This document shows, piece after piece, positions 25,750-34,842 of a stretch of DNA of 34,842 bases (positions within the stretch are counted from its first letter, which is position 1; the number at the start of each line of letters is the position of its first letter). The stretch is from contig JALWHQ010000435.1 in the NCBI GenBank assembly GCA_026983525.1, forward strand, positions 1 to 34,842. Direction: 5' to 3'. The translations under genes were made by a program, and so were the position numbers. This stretch comes from Anaerolineae bacterium. Its GTDB lineage: Bacteria; Chloroflexota; Anaerolineae; JAADDB01. The notes under the pieces are model-generated. The model saw nothing but the letters and a program-made list of their open reading frames with translations. It was not told the DNA's origin and did not search any database.

Positions 25750-25992
25750 ATGGCTGTTGACCAGGAACTTCTGGAAATTTTGCGGTGTCCGGCGTGTGTG
25801 CGCAACGGCCCGGACGCGGGCATGCTCGATTTGGTGCGCGATGGCACCTGGCTGGTGTGTCGCGATTGCGGCCGCAAGTACCCTATTCGTGAAGACATCC
25901 CCGTGATGCTCATCGAAGAAGGGGACAAGTGGAAGGACACGCCAGTCGAGGAATTGCCGGAGCCGGGGCCGCTGGTTCCTGAGAGCGCGTAG
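25750..25992 (+). CDS. Trm112/UPF0434-family small zinc-ribbon protein
   Basis: [11 protein letters not shown]...[34 protein letters not shown]. Confidence 0.8.
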   Translation: MAVDQELLEILRCPACVRNGPDAGMLDLVRDGTWLVCRDCGRKYPIREDIPVMLIEEGDKWKDTPVEELPEPGPLVPESA

Positions 25993-26000
25993 GATGCCCC

Positions 26001-26891
26001 ATGCCCCTCTTTGGCGGCATTGAGGCCGGGGGAACCAAGTTCGTTTGTGTGGTGGGGAGCGGTCCAACGCGCATCCTCGCGCGCGAGCGCTTCCCTACCA
26101 CTACGCCCCAGGAGACGCTGGCGCGCGTGGTGGACTTCTTCCGTCCCTATGCCGATGACCTCCAAGCCCTCGGCGTTGGATCCTTTGGCCCTGTGGACTT
26201 GCACCCTGACTCGCCCACGCATGGGTTCATCACCACGACCCCCAAGCCCGGCTGGCAACACACGAACGTGAAAGGCTTCCTTGAGGACGCGCTACACGTC
26301 CCCGTAATGTTCGAGACGGACGTGAACGCGGCCGCGTGGGGGGAACACCGCTGGGGCGCGGCCCAGGACGTGGACACGTTCGTCTACGTGACCGTCGGCA
26401 CGGGCATTGGGGGCGGGGCGGTGGTCAACGGCCGCTTGGTTCACGGCTTGGTGCACCCCGAAATGGGCCACATGCGCGTCCCCCACGATTGGGAAGCCGA
26501 TCCCTTCCAGGGTACGTGTCCCTTCCATGGAGATTGCCTGGAAGGGCTGGCAGCCGGGCCAGCCCTTGCCGCGCGCTGGGGCATGCGTGGTGAACTCTTG
26601 CCCGACGACCACCCGGCTTGGGACTTGGAAGCGCGTTATCTGGGCCTGGCCGTTGCCAACCTGGTATGCGTGCTTTCTCCGCAGCGGATCATCCTGGGGG
26701 GCGGCGTGATGCGTCGGACTACCCTGTTCCCCCGTATCCGGCGGGTGGTGCAAGATGTCCTGGCCGGTTATGTTCGCGATCCGGCGCTTGAGGAGCAAAT
26801 CGAGGCTTACATCGTGCCCCCGGCCTTGGGCGATGATGCCGGGGTGTTGGGCGCGCTGGCGCTGGCCATGGACGCGCCGAGCCAGGACTGA
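26001..26891 (+). CDS. ROK-family fructokinase
   Basis: [17 protein letters not shown]-terminus as in Bacillus GmuE/ScrK-type ROK fructokinases. ROK zinc motif HPEMGHMRV...[10 protein letters not shown]. Confidence 0.87.
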   Translation: MPLFGGIEAGGTKFVCVVGSGPTRILARERFPTTTPQETLARVVDFFRPYADDLQALGVGSFGPVDLHPDSPTHGFITTTPKPGWQHTNVKGFLEDALHVPVMFETDVNAAAWGEHRWGAAQDVDTFVYVTVGTGIGGGAVVNGRLVHGLVHPEMGHMRVPHDWEADPFQGTCPFHGDCLEGLAAGPALAARWGMRGELLPDDHPAWDLEARYLGLAVANLVCVLSPQRIILGGGVMRRTTLFPRIRRVVQDVLAGYVRDPALEEQIEAYIVPPALGDDAGVLGALALAMDAPSQD

Positions 26892-26933
26892 GTGGGCGGA
26901 TAGAGGTCGGTCGCCATTGGACGCGAGGGCAAC

Positions 26934-27788
26934 CTAACGTTTCACTCCGACAACGCCAAACGCGCGCGGCACCTCTTTGACCTCGAATCCCACGTCCCGC
27001 AAGCGTTGCATGACCCCGCGCGTGACGGAACGGGCCATCTTCTTCTCCGGACTCCCAATGTAATGGAAGAGGCGGCCGCGCGGGCGCAGCACGCGGTGTA
27101 TTTGCGCGTAGAATTCGCGCCCGTAGAGGTGTCCGGCCAGGGAGAACATGGGGGGATCGTGTATCACCACCGAAAACCAGGCGTTTGGCAGCCCCTGTAT
27201 AAGGTCGAAGATGTCGGCCTGGAGCACGTGAATGTTCGGCAGCGCGAAGAGGTCGGCGGACCACGGGTTTTCACGCGCCAGGGCAATGACCGCTGGATCG
27301 AGTTCTACCGTGAGGACGACATCGGCTCGCGCGGCCGCCTGGATAGCCGTGTAGCCCAGCCCCATGCAGGTGTCCAGCACGCGGCCATGAGGTCGGGCAG
27401 AGCGAATCTTGGCCGCGGTATCACGCCACGGGTCGGTGCCCTTGATGCGGTGCATGGGGATGCCCGAAAGGGTGAGGGTGGGCGCACGTCCGGTGGGATA
27501 GAGGGCCACGACTCGGCCTGTCAGTGGTGAGAAAAGTTGCAGGGCGCGAATGCCCTCCCTGGTGACTTTGTAACACACGTTCTCGTGGGTTGCGATGTGT
27601 TCGGCATCCTCCCATGTGAGGAGGATACCGCCGGGCAGGTGAATGCCCGAGGAGGTGAGACGCACACGGCCGCGCGTTTTTCCCAGGTCGAGGGAGACCT
27701 CAACCTCAGTGGGAACCTGTTCGCGTCTTTCTGTGAGAGGCCGCACCTCGTAGTGGGAGAGGACGTACATGTTTGCCAACGGTATCAT
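26934..27788 (-). CDS. Class I SAM-dependent methyltransferase with an N-terminal extra domain (COG2521-like)
   Basis: SAM-binding VLDTCMGLGYTAIQAA..VLTVELD and VIHDPPMFSL (DPPxF motif). Its ATG directly abuts the glgP stop (TGAATG). Confidence 0.65.
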   Translation of the reverse strand: MIPLANMYVLSHYEVRPLTERREQVPTEVEVSLDLGKTRGRVRLTSSGIHLPGGILLTWEDAEHIATHENVCYKVTREGIRALQLFSPLTGRVVALYPTGRAPTLTLSGIPMHRIKGTDPWRDTAAKIRSARPHGRVLDTCMGLGYTAIQAAARADVVLTVELDPAVIALARENPWSADLFALPNIHVLQADIFDLIQGLPNAWFSVVIHDPPMFSLAGHLYGREFYAQIHRVLRPRGRLFHYIGSPEKKMARSVTRGVMQRLRDVGFEVKEVPRAFGVVGVKR

Positions 27789-30362
27789 TCACTCGCCTGC
27801 CGCCTCCGCGCGCGTCCCCCACTTCACCAGTCGGAGTTCGAACTTGGTAGGCAGTTCGGGCCGGTATGGAAAGACGCGCACGCCGTAGACGATCTGCCCG
27901 CTTTCCTGGGCCCGAAGGTGTCCCACGTAAGAGGCCGTGCCATCCTGCACCGAGCCTTCCAACTTCATGAGCACAGCGCGCACGTCGCGCATTTCGTCTC
28001 CCGCAGGCCGTCCGTACACCAATTCGACCTGGACGTCATCGGGGCCCAGGCTATCGAGGAAAACCGTTGCCCGCACGGTGACCTCGTCCCCGACGCGCAG
28101 GTGTCCCGTTTCGGGGCCGTAGACGCTCACGTGCACGCGCGACCAGTTTTGCCGCACCCGCGCTCGCCACGTGGCCAGATCCCGGGCGAGCGCGTAGTTG
28201 TTTTCGCTCAGCGCGCGAGCGTTGTTCATAGCGGGAATATAGTACATGCGCAGGTAGTCCTTGAGCATGCGCCGGGTGGAGAAGCGAGGGGCAATGCTCG
28301 TAATCGACTCGCGCACCATCTGCAGCCAGGCATGGTGCTCCCCCTCTTTGGCTTCGTAATAGAGGGGAATCACGTCGTTCTCGAGGAGGGTGTAGAGGGA
28401 CAAGGCGTCGGCTTCGTCTTGGGCTTCCTCGTTGGGGTACTCCTGGCCCTCGCCGATGGCCCACCCATTGTGGCCGTTGTATCCCTCCGGCCACCACCCG
28501 TCGAGAACGCTGAGGTTGGGGATGCCGTTCGCGCCGGCTTTCTGTCCGCTGGTGCCGCTGGCCTCGTTAGGGCGGCGGGGAGTGTTAAGCCACACGTCCA
28601 CGCCCTGCACCAGGTGGCGGGCCATGTTGATGTCGTAGTTTTCCAGGAAGATAATGTGACCCGTGAACCCCTCTTCTTGGGAGAGTTGGTGAATCTGTTT
28701 GATGAGCGCCTTGCCCGGATCGTCTGCCGGATGCGCCTTGCCCGCGAAGACGATTTGTACCGGGCGGTCTGGGTGGGTGAGGATGCGCTTGGCGCGTTCC
28801 TTGTCCCGGAAGAAGAGGGTGGCCCGCTTGTAAGTGGCGAACCGCCGCGCGAATCCGATGGTCATGATTTCCGGCGTGAACAGCCTCTCGGCCTGAGCGA
28901 TGCGCGCGGGGGACGCGCCATGCCGTTGAAGTTGGTCCCGCACGCGACGACGCAAGAAATCGACCAACCGCTGCTTGAGCCTCAACCGCACATCCCACAG
29001 TTCCTCGTCGGGAATTTCCAGTACCGCTCGCCACACCTCGGGGTCGTCCATGCGTTCGTCCCAGTCCGCGGGCAGGTAACGCCGCAGGAGGTCGACCAGT
29101 TCGGGGGCGAGCCATGAGGGCAAGTGCACGCCATTGGTGATGTGCCCTATGGGGATTTCTTCTTCTGGCAGGTCGGGCCACAGGGTACGCCACATGCGGC
29201 GGGATACTCGACCATGCAATTCACTGACACCGTTCACGTAAGCGGCCTGGTTCATGGCCAACACGGTCATGCTGAATTGGGGGCCCCAGGGGTAGTCGTA
29301 GCGCCCCAAAGCGAGGAAGCGTTCCCGGTCCAGGCCCAGTTCTCCCCAGTAGAAGCCGAAATACTTGTCCATCATGGGGAAGGGGAAAGCATCGTGTCCC
29401 GCGGCAACGGGTGTGTGGGTGGTGAACAGGGAGGTCGAGCGGACGACCTCCAGTGCCTGATCGAAGGTCAGCCCTTCCTCCTTGATGAGCAGGCGCAGTC
29501 GTTCCAGGCCGAGGAAGGCGGAGTGCCCTTCGTTCAGGTGGTAGACGGCAGGGCGGATGCCAAGGGCGTGTAGGGTGCGCACACCCCCGATCCCCAGGAT
29601 AATTTCCTGGGCGATGCGCTGTTCGTGATCCGCGGTGTAGAGTCGCGCGGCCAGGTCACGGTCGGCCGGCGCGTTCTCGGGTACGTCGGTGTCCATGAGG
29701 TAAAGGGGAACCCGTCCCACCTGGATGTGCCACACCTTCGCGTACACGCGGCGCCCCGGAAGGTCGACGTAGATGCGGACTTCGTTGCCCCCTGCATCGC
29801 GCGCGGGGCGGGCCGGGACTTCCGAAAAGTCGATTTTCTCGTAGATGGCCTCCTGGCCGCCGTCGGCCCCGATGCGCTGGGTGAAGTATCCCTGCGGGTA
29901 CAGGAATCCCACCCCAACCAGGGGAATGCCCAGGTCGCTGGCCTCCTTACAGTGATCCCCGGATAAGATGCCCAGGCCGCCCGAGTAGATGGGCAAAACC
30001 TCGTGCAGTCCGAACTCCGCCGAGAAGTAGGCGATGATGTGGTCGCGGTGCTCGGGATAGGTGCGCGCGAACCAGGTATCCTCCGCGTTCATGTAGGCAT
30101 CGAAAGCCGCCAGGACGGCCTTATAATGAGCAATGTATCCCGGATCCTTGGTCAGGGCTTCCAGCCGTTCCTGCTTCACCTGTTGGAGCAGTTTGACCGG
30201 GTTGTGGTTGCTTTCCTCCCACAGTTCGGGATCCAGGCGGGCGAAAAGTTCCTGGGCCTCAGGGTGCCAGGCCCACCACAGGTTGTACGCCAGGTCCTCC
30301 AACCGCCGGATGGGTTCTGGGAGGTGAGGGAAGACTGCGAGTCGGCCGATAAGGGTGATCAT
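27789..30362 (-). CDS. glgP: Alpha-glucan (glycogen/maltodextrin) phosphorylase, GT35
   Basis: 857 aa. PLP-lysine region NEASGTSGQKAGANG, YSGGLGILSGDH, and the DUF3417-type N-terminus of bacterial alpha-glucan phosphorylases. Confidence 0.93.
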   Translation of the reverse strand: MITLIGRLAVFPHLPEPIRRLEDLAYNLWWAWHPEAQELFARLDPELWEESNHNPVKLLQQVKQERLEALTKDPGYIAHYKAVLAAFDAYMNAEDTWFARTYPEHRDHIIAYFSAEFGLHEVLPIYSGGLGILSGDHCKEASDLGIPLVGVGFLYPQGYFTQRIGADGGQEAIYEKIDFSEVPARPARDAGGNEVRIYVDLPGRRVYAKVWHIQVGRVPLYLMDTDVPENAPADRDLAARLYTADHEQRIAQEIILGIGGVRTLHALGIRPAVYHLNEGHSAFLGLERLRLLIKEEGLTFDQALEVVRSTSLFTTHTPVAAGHDAFPFPMMDKYFGFYWGELGLDRERFLALGRYDYPWGPQFSMTVLAMNQAAYVNGVSELHGRVSRRMWRTLWPDLPEEEIPIGHITNGVHLPSWLAPELVDLLRRYLPADWDERMDDPEVWRAVLEIPDEELWDVRLRLKQRLVDFLRRRVRDQLQRHGASPARIAQAERLFTPEIMTIGFARRFATYKRATLFFRDKERAKRILTHPDRPVQIVFAGKAHPADDPGKALIKQIHQLSQEEGFTGHIIFLENYDINMARHLVQGVDVWLNTPRRPNEASGTSGQKAGANGIPNLSVLDGWWPEGYNGHNGWAIGEGQEYPNEEAQDEADALSLYTLLENDVIPLYYEAKEGEHHAWLQMVRESITSIAPRFSTRRMLKDYLRMYYIPAMNNARALSENNYALARDLATWRARVRQNWSRVHVSVYGPETGHLRVGDEVTVRATVFLDSLGPDDVQVELVYGRPAGDEMRDVRAVLMKLEGSVQDGTASYVGHLRAQESGQIVYGVRVFPYRPELPTKFELRLVKWGTRAEAAGE

Positions 30363-30387
30363 CGCGTTCTCCGTGGTATGTTAAGAT

Positions 30388-30511
30388 GCGTGATGGTGTA
30401 ATGCGTGATGCGTGATGCGTGATAGCGTAATGATATGAGACGTCACGGTGGCACGTGGTCACGTTATCACGTTGTCACGTCATCACGTTGTCACGTCATC
30501 ACGCTGTCACG
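30388..30511. repeat. Two opposed tandem arrays: six 7-8-nt units (GCGTGAT/GCGTAAT type), then eight 8-nt units (YYRTCACG)
   Basis: 30388-30431: GCGTGAT, GGTGTAAT, GCGTGAT x3, AGCGTAAT. 30448-30511: GTGGCACG, TGGTCACG, TTATCACG, TTGTCACG, TCATCACG, TTGTCACG, TCATCACG, CTGTCACG. ATCACG/CGTGAT complementarity allows a bulged hairpin. The last 13 nt of the array (30499-30511) overlap the stop codon and last codons of the 30499-30897 gene. Confidence 0.85.
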
Positions 30512-30897
30512 TCCCAGCGTTCATAGATGAGTAGTCCTTCTTGGCGTACTCGTGTGGCGAGACGCGGGTGGCGGTTCAGTTCGATGAGGTCCACGATGCG
30601 TCCGGGGATGGCCCAATCGAGTTCCCGCCACAGGTCGAAGTAGTCCTGCGCGCTCAGATCTCCCTCGACCGCGATGTCCACGTCAGAATCGGCGCGGAGG
30701 CCGTAGAGGGCGGAGCCGAACAGGTAGGCTCGGCGCACGGTGGGAAAGCGCGGGAAGATGCGCTGGGCCACGTCGCGCACGAGGGCCTGAACGCGCGCTA
30801 TCTCCGCGCGCCGCCGTGCTTCCCGCTCTGCTTCTCTAGCCCGCCAGTGCGCCCGACAGGTCTCGATGTCCACCCCGAAATCCGCCTGTTTCGCCAT
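30499..30897 (-). CDS. Solitary MNT-type nucleotidyltransferase domain protein
   Basis: LFGSALYGLRADSDVDIAVEG (GS-x9-DxD) after a helical, Arg-rich N-terminus. No HEPN/DUF86 ORF on either side. Confidence 0.75.
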   Translation of the reverse strand: MAKQADFGVDIETCRAHWRAREAEREARRRAEIARVQALVRDVAQRIFPRFPTVRRAYLFGSALYGLRADSDVDIAVEGDLSAQDYFDLWRELDWAIPGRIVDLIELNRHPRLATRVRQEGLLIYERWDVTA

Positions 30898-30956
30898 TTA
30901 TGCTATGCCCTTGCAGGGCCACGACACCACCCTGCCTGACCATGCATTTGCAAGGG

Positions 30957-30983
30957 TAGGGGCGACCCGCCGGGTCGCCCCTA
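30957..30983 (-). terminator. GC-rich 12-bp hairpin just after the mdh stop (no clear U-tract)
   Basis: TAGGGGCGACCC-gcc-GGGTCGCCCCTA. Next to a second nested stem, CCCTTGCA...TGCAAGGG (30908-30956). Confidence 0.35.
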
Positions 30984-30995
30984 CGAAATGTGGGC

Positions 30996-32026
<1,031 letters not shown>

Positions 32027-32041
32027 GGTATGTGACAGATC

Positions 32042-32974
32042 TCAGCCTGCTTCCACACGCGCGCTCGTGGCCATTGGTAGGCTCGCGCTCATCGTCACCC
32101 CGTCGGCCTGAAGGACAGGCACCAGGGCTGCGATGGCGACTTCCAGCATGTCAGGTGTGGGCTCGCGCGTGGTCAGGCGTTGAAGCATGAGGCCGGGTAC
32201 GATGAGCCAGCGTAAAAGAGGGTGTTTGGGTTGGGCCGCGCTCAAGCGGATGAGTTCATAAGCGATCATGGCAATGACCGGAATGAGGACGACGCGCGAG
32301 ATGAATCGCAGCACCACGCTGTCGAAATGAAAAGGGGCGAAGACCAGGATGGAGACAAGGAGCACGAAGAGAAGGAAACTCGTGCCACAGCGCACGTGTT
32401 CCCGGCTGAAGCGGGCCACGCTTTCCGGTGTCAGCGGGGCGCCGGCCTCAAACGCATTGATGGTCTTGTGTTCAGCACCGTGGTAAGCGAACACACGCCG
32501 AACTTCCTCGGAGAGGCCAATGGCCCACAGGTAGAGGAGGAAGAGGGCCATACGAATGATGCCCTCTATCAGGCTGCTCACAAGGGCATTGTGGGCCCAT
32601 CGTTCCATCAAGCGCGCCAGGAAAGAGGGGAGAAGAAAGAAAAGGGCGATACCAAAGGTCAGGGAAAAAGCCAGCGTGCCCCAGGCCACGGGCCCCTTGA
32701 AGGCTTCGCCTCGTTCGCTTTCGTCTTCGGCTATGGCGATATCTGCCGACCACAAAAGGGCCTTCGTGCCCAGGACAAGGGCATCCCATAGGGCAGAGAG
32801 GCCGCGGAAGAAAGGCCAAGAGGCCCAACGCGCCCGATATACGGCCGCGGTTAGAGGGGTCTCTTGAATGACGATTTCGCCCGACGGAGCCCGCACAGCC
32901 ACAGCCGCGCGCGTCTTCCCCCGCATCATTACACCCTCGATAACCGCTTGACCGCCATAGTAAAAATTTGACAT
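32042..32974 (-). CDS. DUF1385 (YqhQ-like) membrane protein
   Basis: [37 protein letters not shown] and LQRLTTREP match B. subtilis YqhQ as I recall it. Start at the ATG at 32974. Confidence 0.87.
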   Translation of the reverse strand: MSNFYYGGQAVIEGVMMRGKTRAAVAVRAPSGEIVIQETPLTAAVYRARWASWPFFRGLSALWDALVLGTKALLWSADIAIAEDESERGEAFKGPVAWGTLAFSLTFGIALFFLLPSFLARLMERWAHNALVSSLIEGIIRMALFLLYLWAIGLSEEVRRVFAYHGAEHKTINAFEAGAPLTPESVARFSREHVRCGTSFLLFVLLVSILVFAPFHFDSVVLRFISRVVLIPVIAMIAYELIRLSAAQPKHPLLRWLIVPGLMLQRLTTREPTPDMLEVAIAALVPVLQADGVTMSASLPMATSARVEAG

Positions 32975-33188
32975 GGAGGACCTCGGAAACATCAAAGTGA
33001 TAGCCGAATCCGGTCTCATTCTACCCCCAAGGTACCGGGATGTCAATGCAGACGCAATAGACGGGAAATTGTCTGGGAACAGGTAATGGCATTTGGGCCC
33101 AGATTCTCATGCCCATTCTGCTGGGCATGTTTCCCTTATATACCGTTGGCGATGGATCGCATGGATGTCATCGCCTCCCCATTGACGT

Positions 33189-33233
33189 ATAAAACAAGAG
33201 AGTGGGGGAAGGGATCTCCCTTCTCCCACTCTC
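33189..33233 (-). terminator. Rho-independent terminator after the GDPD gene
   Basis: 17-bp stem 33198-33214 / 33217-33233 with one mismatch. On the - strand it is followed by TTGTTTTATA. Confidence 0.7.
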
Positions 33234-33294
33234 CAACTCCGAGGACTTTTCGTCATTTAGATATCGTATGGCGAAGATGCTGGGGATTTGATCT

Positions 33295-34110
33295 TCATGG
33301 GTCGGCCATGACTTTAGCCAGCCGTTGTGGGTAATCTGTGAAAAGGCCGGTCACACCCCACTCGATGAGGCGGCGCATGTCCTCTTCTTCGTTGACGACC
33401 CAGACGTTCACGTTCTTCCCGGCCTCTCGCAGTCGGCGGATGCGGTCTTCGGTGGCAAGGGAGAGGCGCAGGTTGTACGTGGGGAATTCCAGCGTGTCCC
33501 AGTCCACGTCCTGGGCTTCGCCGTAGCCGATGAGCGCGGCAATTTCCACGCGCGGGTTGCGCTCCCGCGCCTCGCGCAGCCACTGATGAACGAACGAGGA
33601 GAGCACCACGCACTCTTCCGCGTCCTCTTCCTCGATTTCGCGCAGCACATGCTCCACGACGAGGAAGTTCTCCAACGGAGGGGGAAGCGCCTTGAGTTCC
33701 AGGTTGATGCGCCAGTGGTGCTCCTTGGTAAAGCGCAGTGCATCCCGCACCGTGGGAATGTGTTCCCCCCGATAGTGGGCCTGATCCTCCGCGGAGACGT
33801 GGCCCGCGTGAATTTCGCCAAAGGGGTCTGTTTCCACGAACCACGAACCCGCGTCCAGCGTTTCCAGTTCTGCCTCGGTAAAGGTGGTGAAGTGCCACGG
33901 TTTTCGGTCGGGGAAACGTGTTTCCACGTCGGTGGTGCGAGCCAGTGAGTCGTCGTGCATGAGCACCAGGTGACCGTCTGCGGTCACCGCCACGTCCACT
34001 TCCCACATGTCCGCGCCCGCTTCCAGCGCCTTGCGCGCCGCGGCCAGGGTGTTCTCGGGCGCGAGGCTGCGCGCCCCACGATGCGCGATGTTCAACACTT
34101 TCCGCTTCAT
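33295..34110 (-). CDS. Glycerophosphodiester phosphodiesterase (GDPD/UgpQ-like)
   Basis: MKRKVLNIAHRGARSLAPENTL and MWEVDVAVTADGHLVLMHD. ATGA overlap with the upstream permease. The 412-aa track ORF is this gene plus an out-of-frame read of the permease. Confidence 0.87.
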   Translation of the reverse strand: MKRKVLNIAHRGARSLAPENTLAAARKALEAGADMWEVDVAVTADGHLVLMHDDSLARTTDVETRFPDRKPWHFTTFTEAELETLDAGSWFVETDPFGEIHAGHVSAEDQAHYRGEHIPTVRDALRFTKEHHWRINLELKALPPPLENFLVVEHVLREIEEEDAEECVVLSSFVHQWLREARERNPRVEIAALIGYGEAQDVDWDTLEFPTYNLRLSLATEDRIRRLREAGKNVNVWVVNEEEDMRRLIEWGVTGLFTDYPQRLAKVMADP

Positions 34111-34842
34111 TTTTCCGTGCCCAAAGCGAACCCTCGCATAAATTGGTGATGAAGCAGGATAAACACGATGAGCGGTGGAATCATGGCAATGATAGCACCA
34201 GCCATCACCATACCCCAATTTGTGGCCTCGGCCACGACGGTCATGCCGCGGAGGCCGACCTGGACGACTTGGCGGGCGTTTTCGCGGATGATGACGAGGG
34301 GCCAGAGGTACTGGTTCCAGACGTAGATGAACTGGATGAGGGCGAGGGCGCCGATGGTGTTCCAGGACATGGGGACGAGGATGCTCCAGAGGAAGCGGAG
34401 GGGGCCGGCGCCGTCGACGCGCGCGGCGTCGGCGAGTTCGCCAGGGATGGAGGCGAAGTGTTGGCGGAAGAGGAAGACGCCGGTGGCGGAGGCCATGAAG
34501 GGGACGATGAGGGCGAGGTAGGAGTTGCTCCAACCGAGGTCGGAGACGAGGTTGAAGAGGGCGACGATGAGGATTTCGGTGGGCATCATGAGGGTGAAGA
34601 GGATGAAGTAGAAGATGTATTCTTGCAGAGGGAAGACGAAGTAGACGAGGGCGAGGCCGGCGAGGAGGGAGAGGATGGTCTTAGCCACGGTGACGGCAAT
34701 GGCGACGATGAAACTGTTCTTCATGTACATGCCCAGGCTGAACTCATTCCAGGCCGCGTAGTAGTTATCCACCAGCGCAGTGCCCGGCCCAAGGATGGGA
34801 GGGTAGTGAAAGACCTGGGCGCGCGTCTGTGTGGACTGGGAC
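34107..34842 (-). CDS. ABC transporter permease (UgpE/MalG-like), 5' end outside the window
   Basis: EAA loop ELADAARVDGAGPLRFLWSILVP. The reading frame stays open from 34772 to the window end (...AQVFHYPPILGPGTALVDNYY), so the GTG at 34772 is internal. Confidence 0.8.
   Translation of the reverse strand, partial: SQSTQTRAQVFHYPPILGPGTALVDNYYAAWNEFSLGMYMKNSFIVAIAVTVAKTILSLLAGLALVYFVFPLQEYIFYFILFTLMMPTEILIVALFNLVSDLGWSNSYLALIVPFMASATGVFLFRQHFASIPGELADAARVDGAGPLRFLWSILVPMSWNTIGALALIQFIYVWNQYLWPLVIIRENARQVVQVGLRGMTVVAEATNWGMVMAGAIIAMIPPLIVFILLHHQFMRGFALGTEK

Noticed and set aside
30388-30511. CRISPR-like appearance of the short regular repeats
   Set aside because: Units are only 7-8 nt and directly abut, with no spacers, and there are no cas genes. 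This is a simple tandem array, not CRISPR.
34111-34533. N-terminal 141 codons of the 412-aa ORF 33295..34533
   Set aside because: The Arg/Pro-rich stretch (RRRRARRRRRPPPLP) is an out-of-frame read of the ABC permease gene. The GDPD domain starts at MKRKVLNIAHRG (ATG at 34110), which overlaps the permease stop as ATGA.

Overview
GC-rich (by eye about 60%) bacterial chromosomal segment. The gene content suggests a thermophilic Chloroflexota-like organism: SBP with a repeated linker, many 4-nt start/stop overlaps, strong GGAGG Shine-Dalgarno (SD) sites. I cannot verify the taxon without a search. All calls rest on reading the ORF track and sequence and on remembered family motifs; no BLAST, HMM or folding was run. 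I support about 34 CDS. On the - strand at the window start: a larA-like gene (open at the edge) and an SDR. Then hsp20, an orphan gene, an FmdB zinc ribbon, a stand-alone trpB2, a TrpH-like PHP protein and a four-gene carbohydrate-type ABC transporter. Then clpX-clpP-tig (- strand), an orphan gene, larE-larB-larC, mntA-hepT, lepA and three unusual membrane proteins. Then a GNAT, a Trm112-like protein, a ROK fructokinase, and a - strand run of DUF1385, mdh, a solitary nucleotidyltransferase, glgP and a methyltransferase, ending with a GDPD phosphodiesterase and a truncated ABC permease. I saw no rRNA, tRNA, CRISPR array, transposase or integrase. Five things are most worth follow-up. (1) lepA is translationally coupled to three Trp-rich, almost lysine-free membrane proteins that look like MrpD/NuoN - MrpC/NuoK - MrpD/NuoN subunits with every proton-pathway Lys/Glu replaced, and a HepT/MntA module overlaps the lepA start. 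(2) A 30-codon leader ORF with Trp at 3 of 4 consecutive codons, with its own promoter, sits upstream of trpB2. (3) The 16-nt operator-like sequence TTTGCA(A/C)ACGTGTGC lies just after a TATACT -10 box at both the SDR-larA and ABC-transporter promoters, with a related palindrome before larE. (4) Several intergenic palindromes are assembled from tandem 7-8 nt units. (5) The larA homologue is paired with a sugar-acid-type SDR about 14.6 kb from larEBC.
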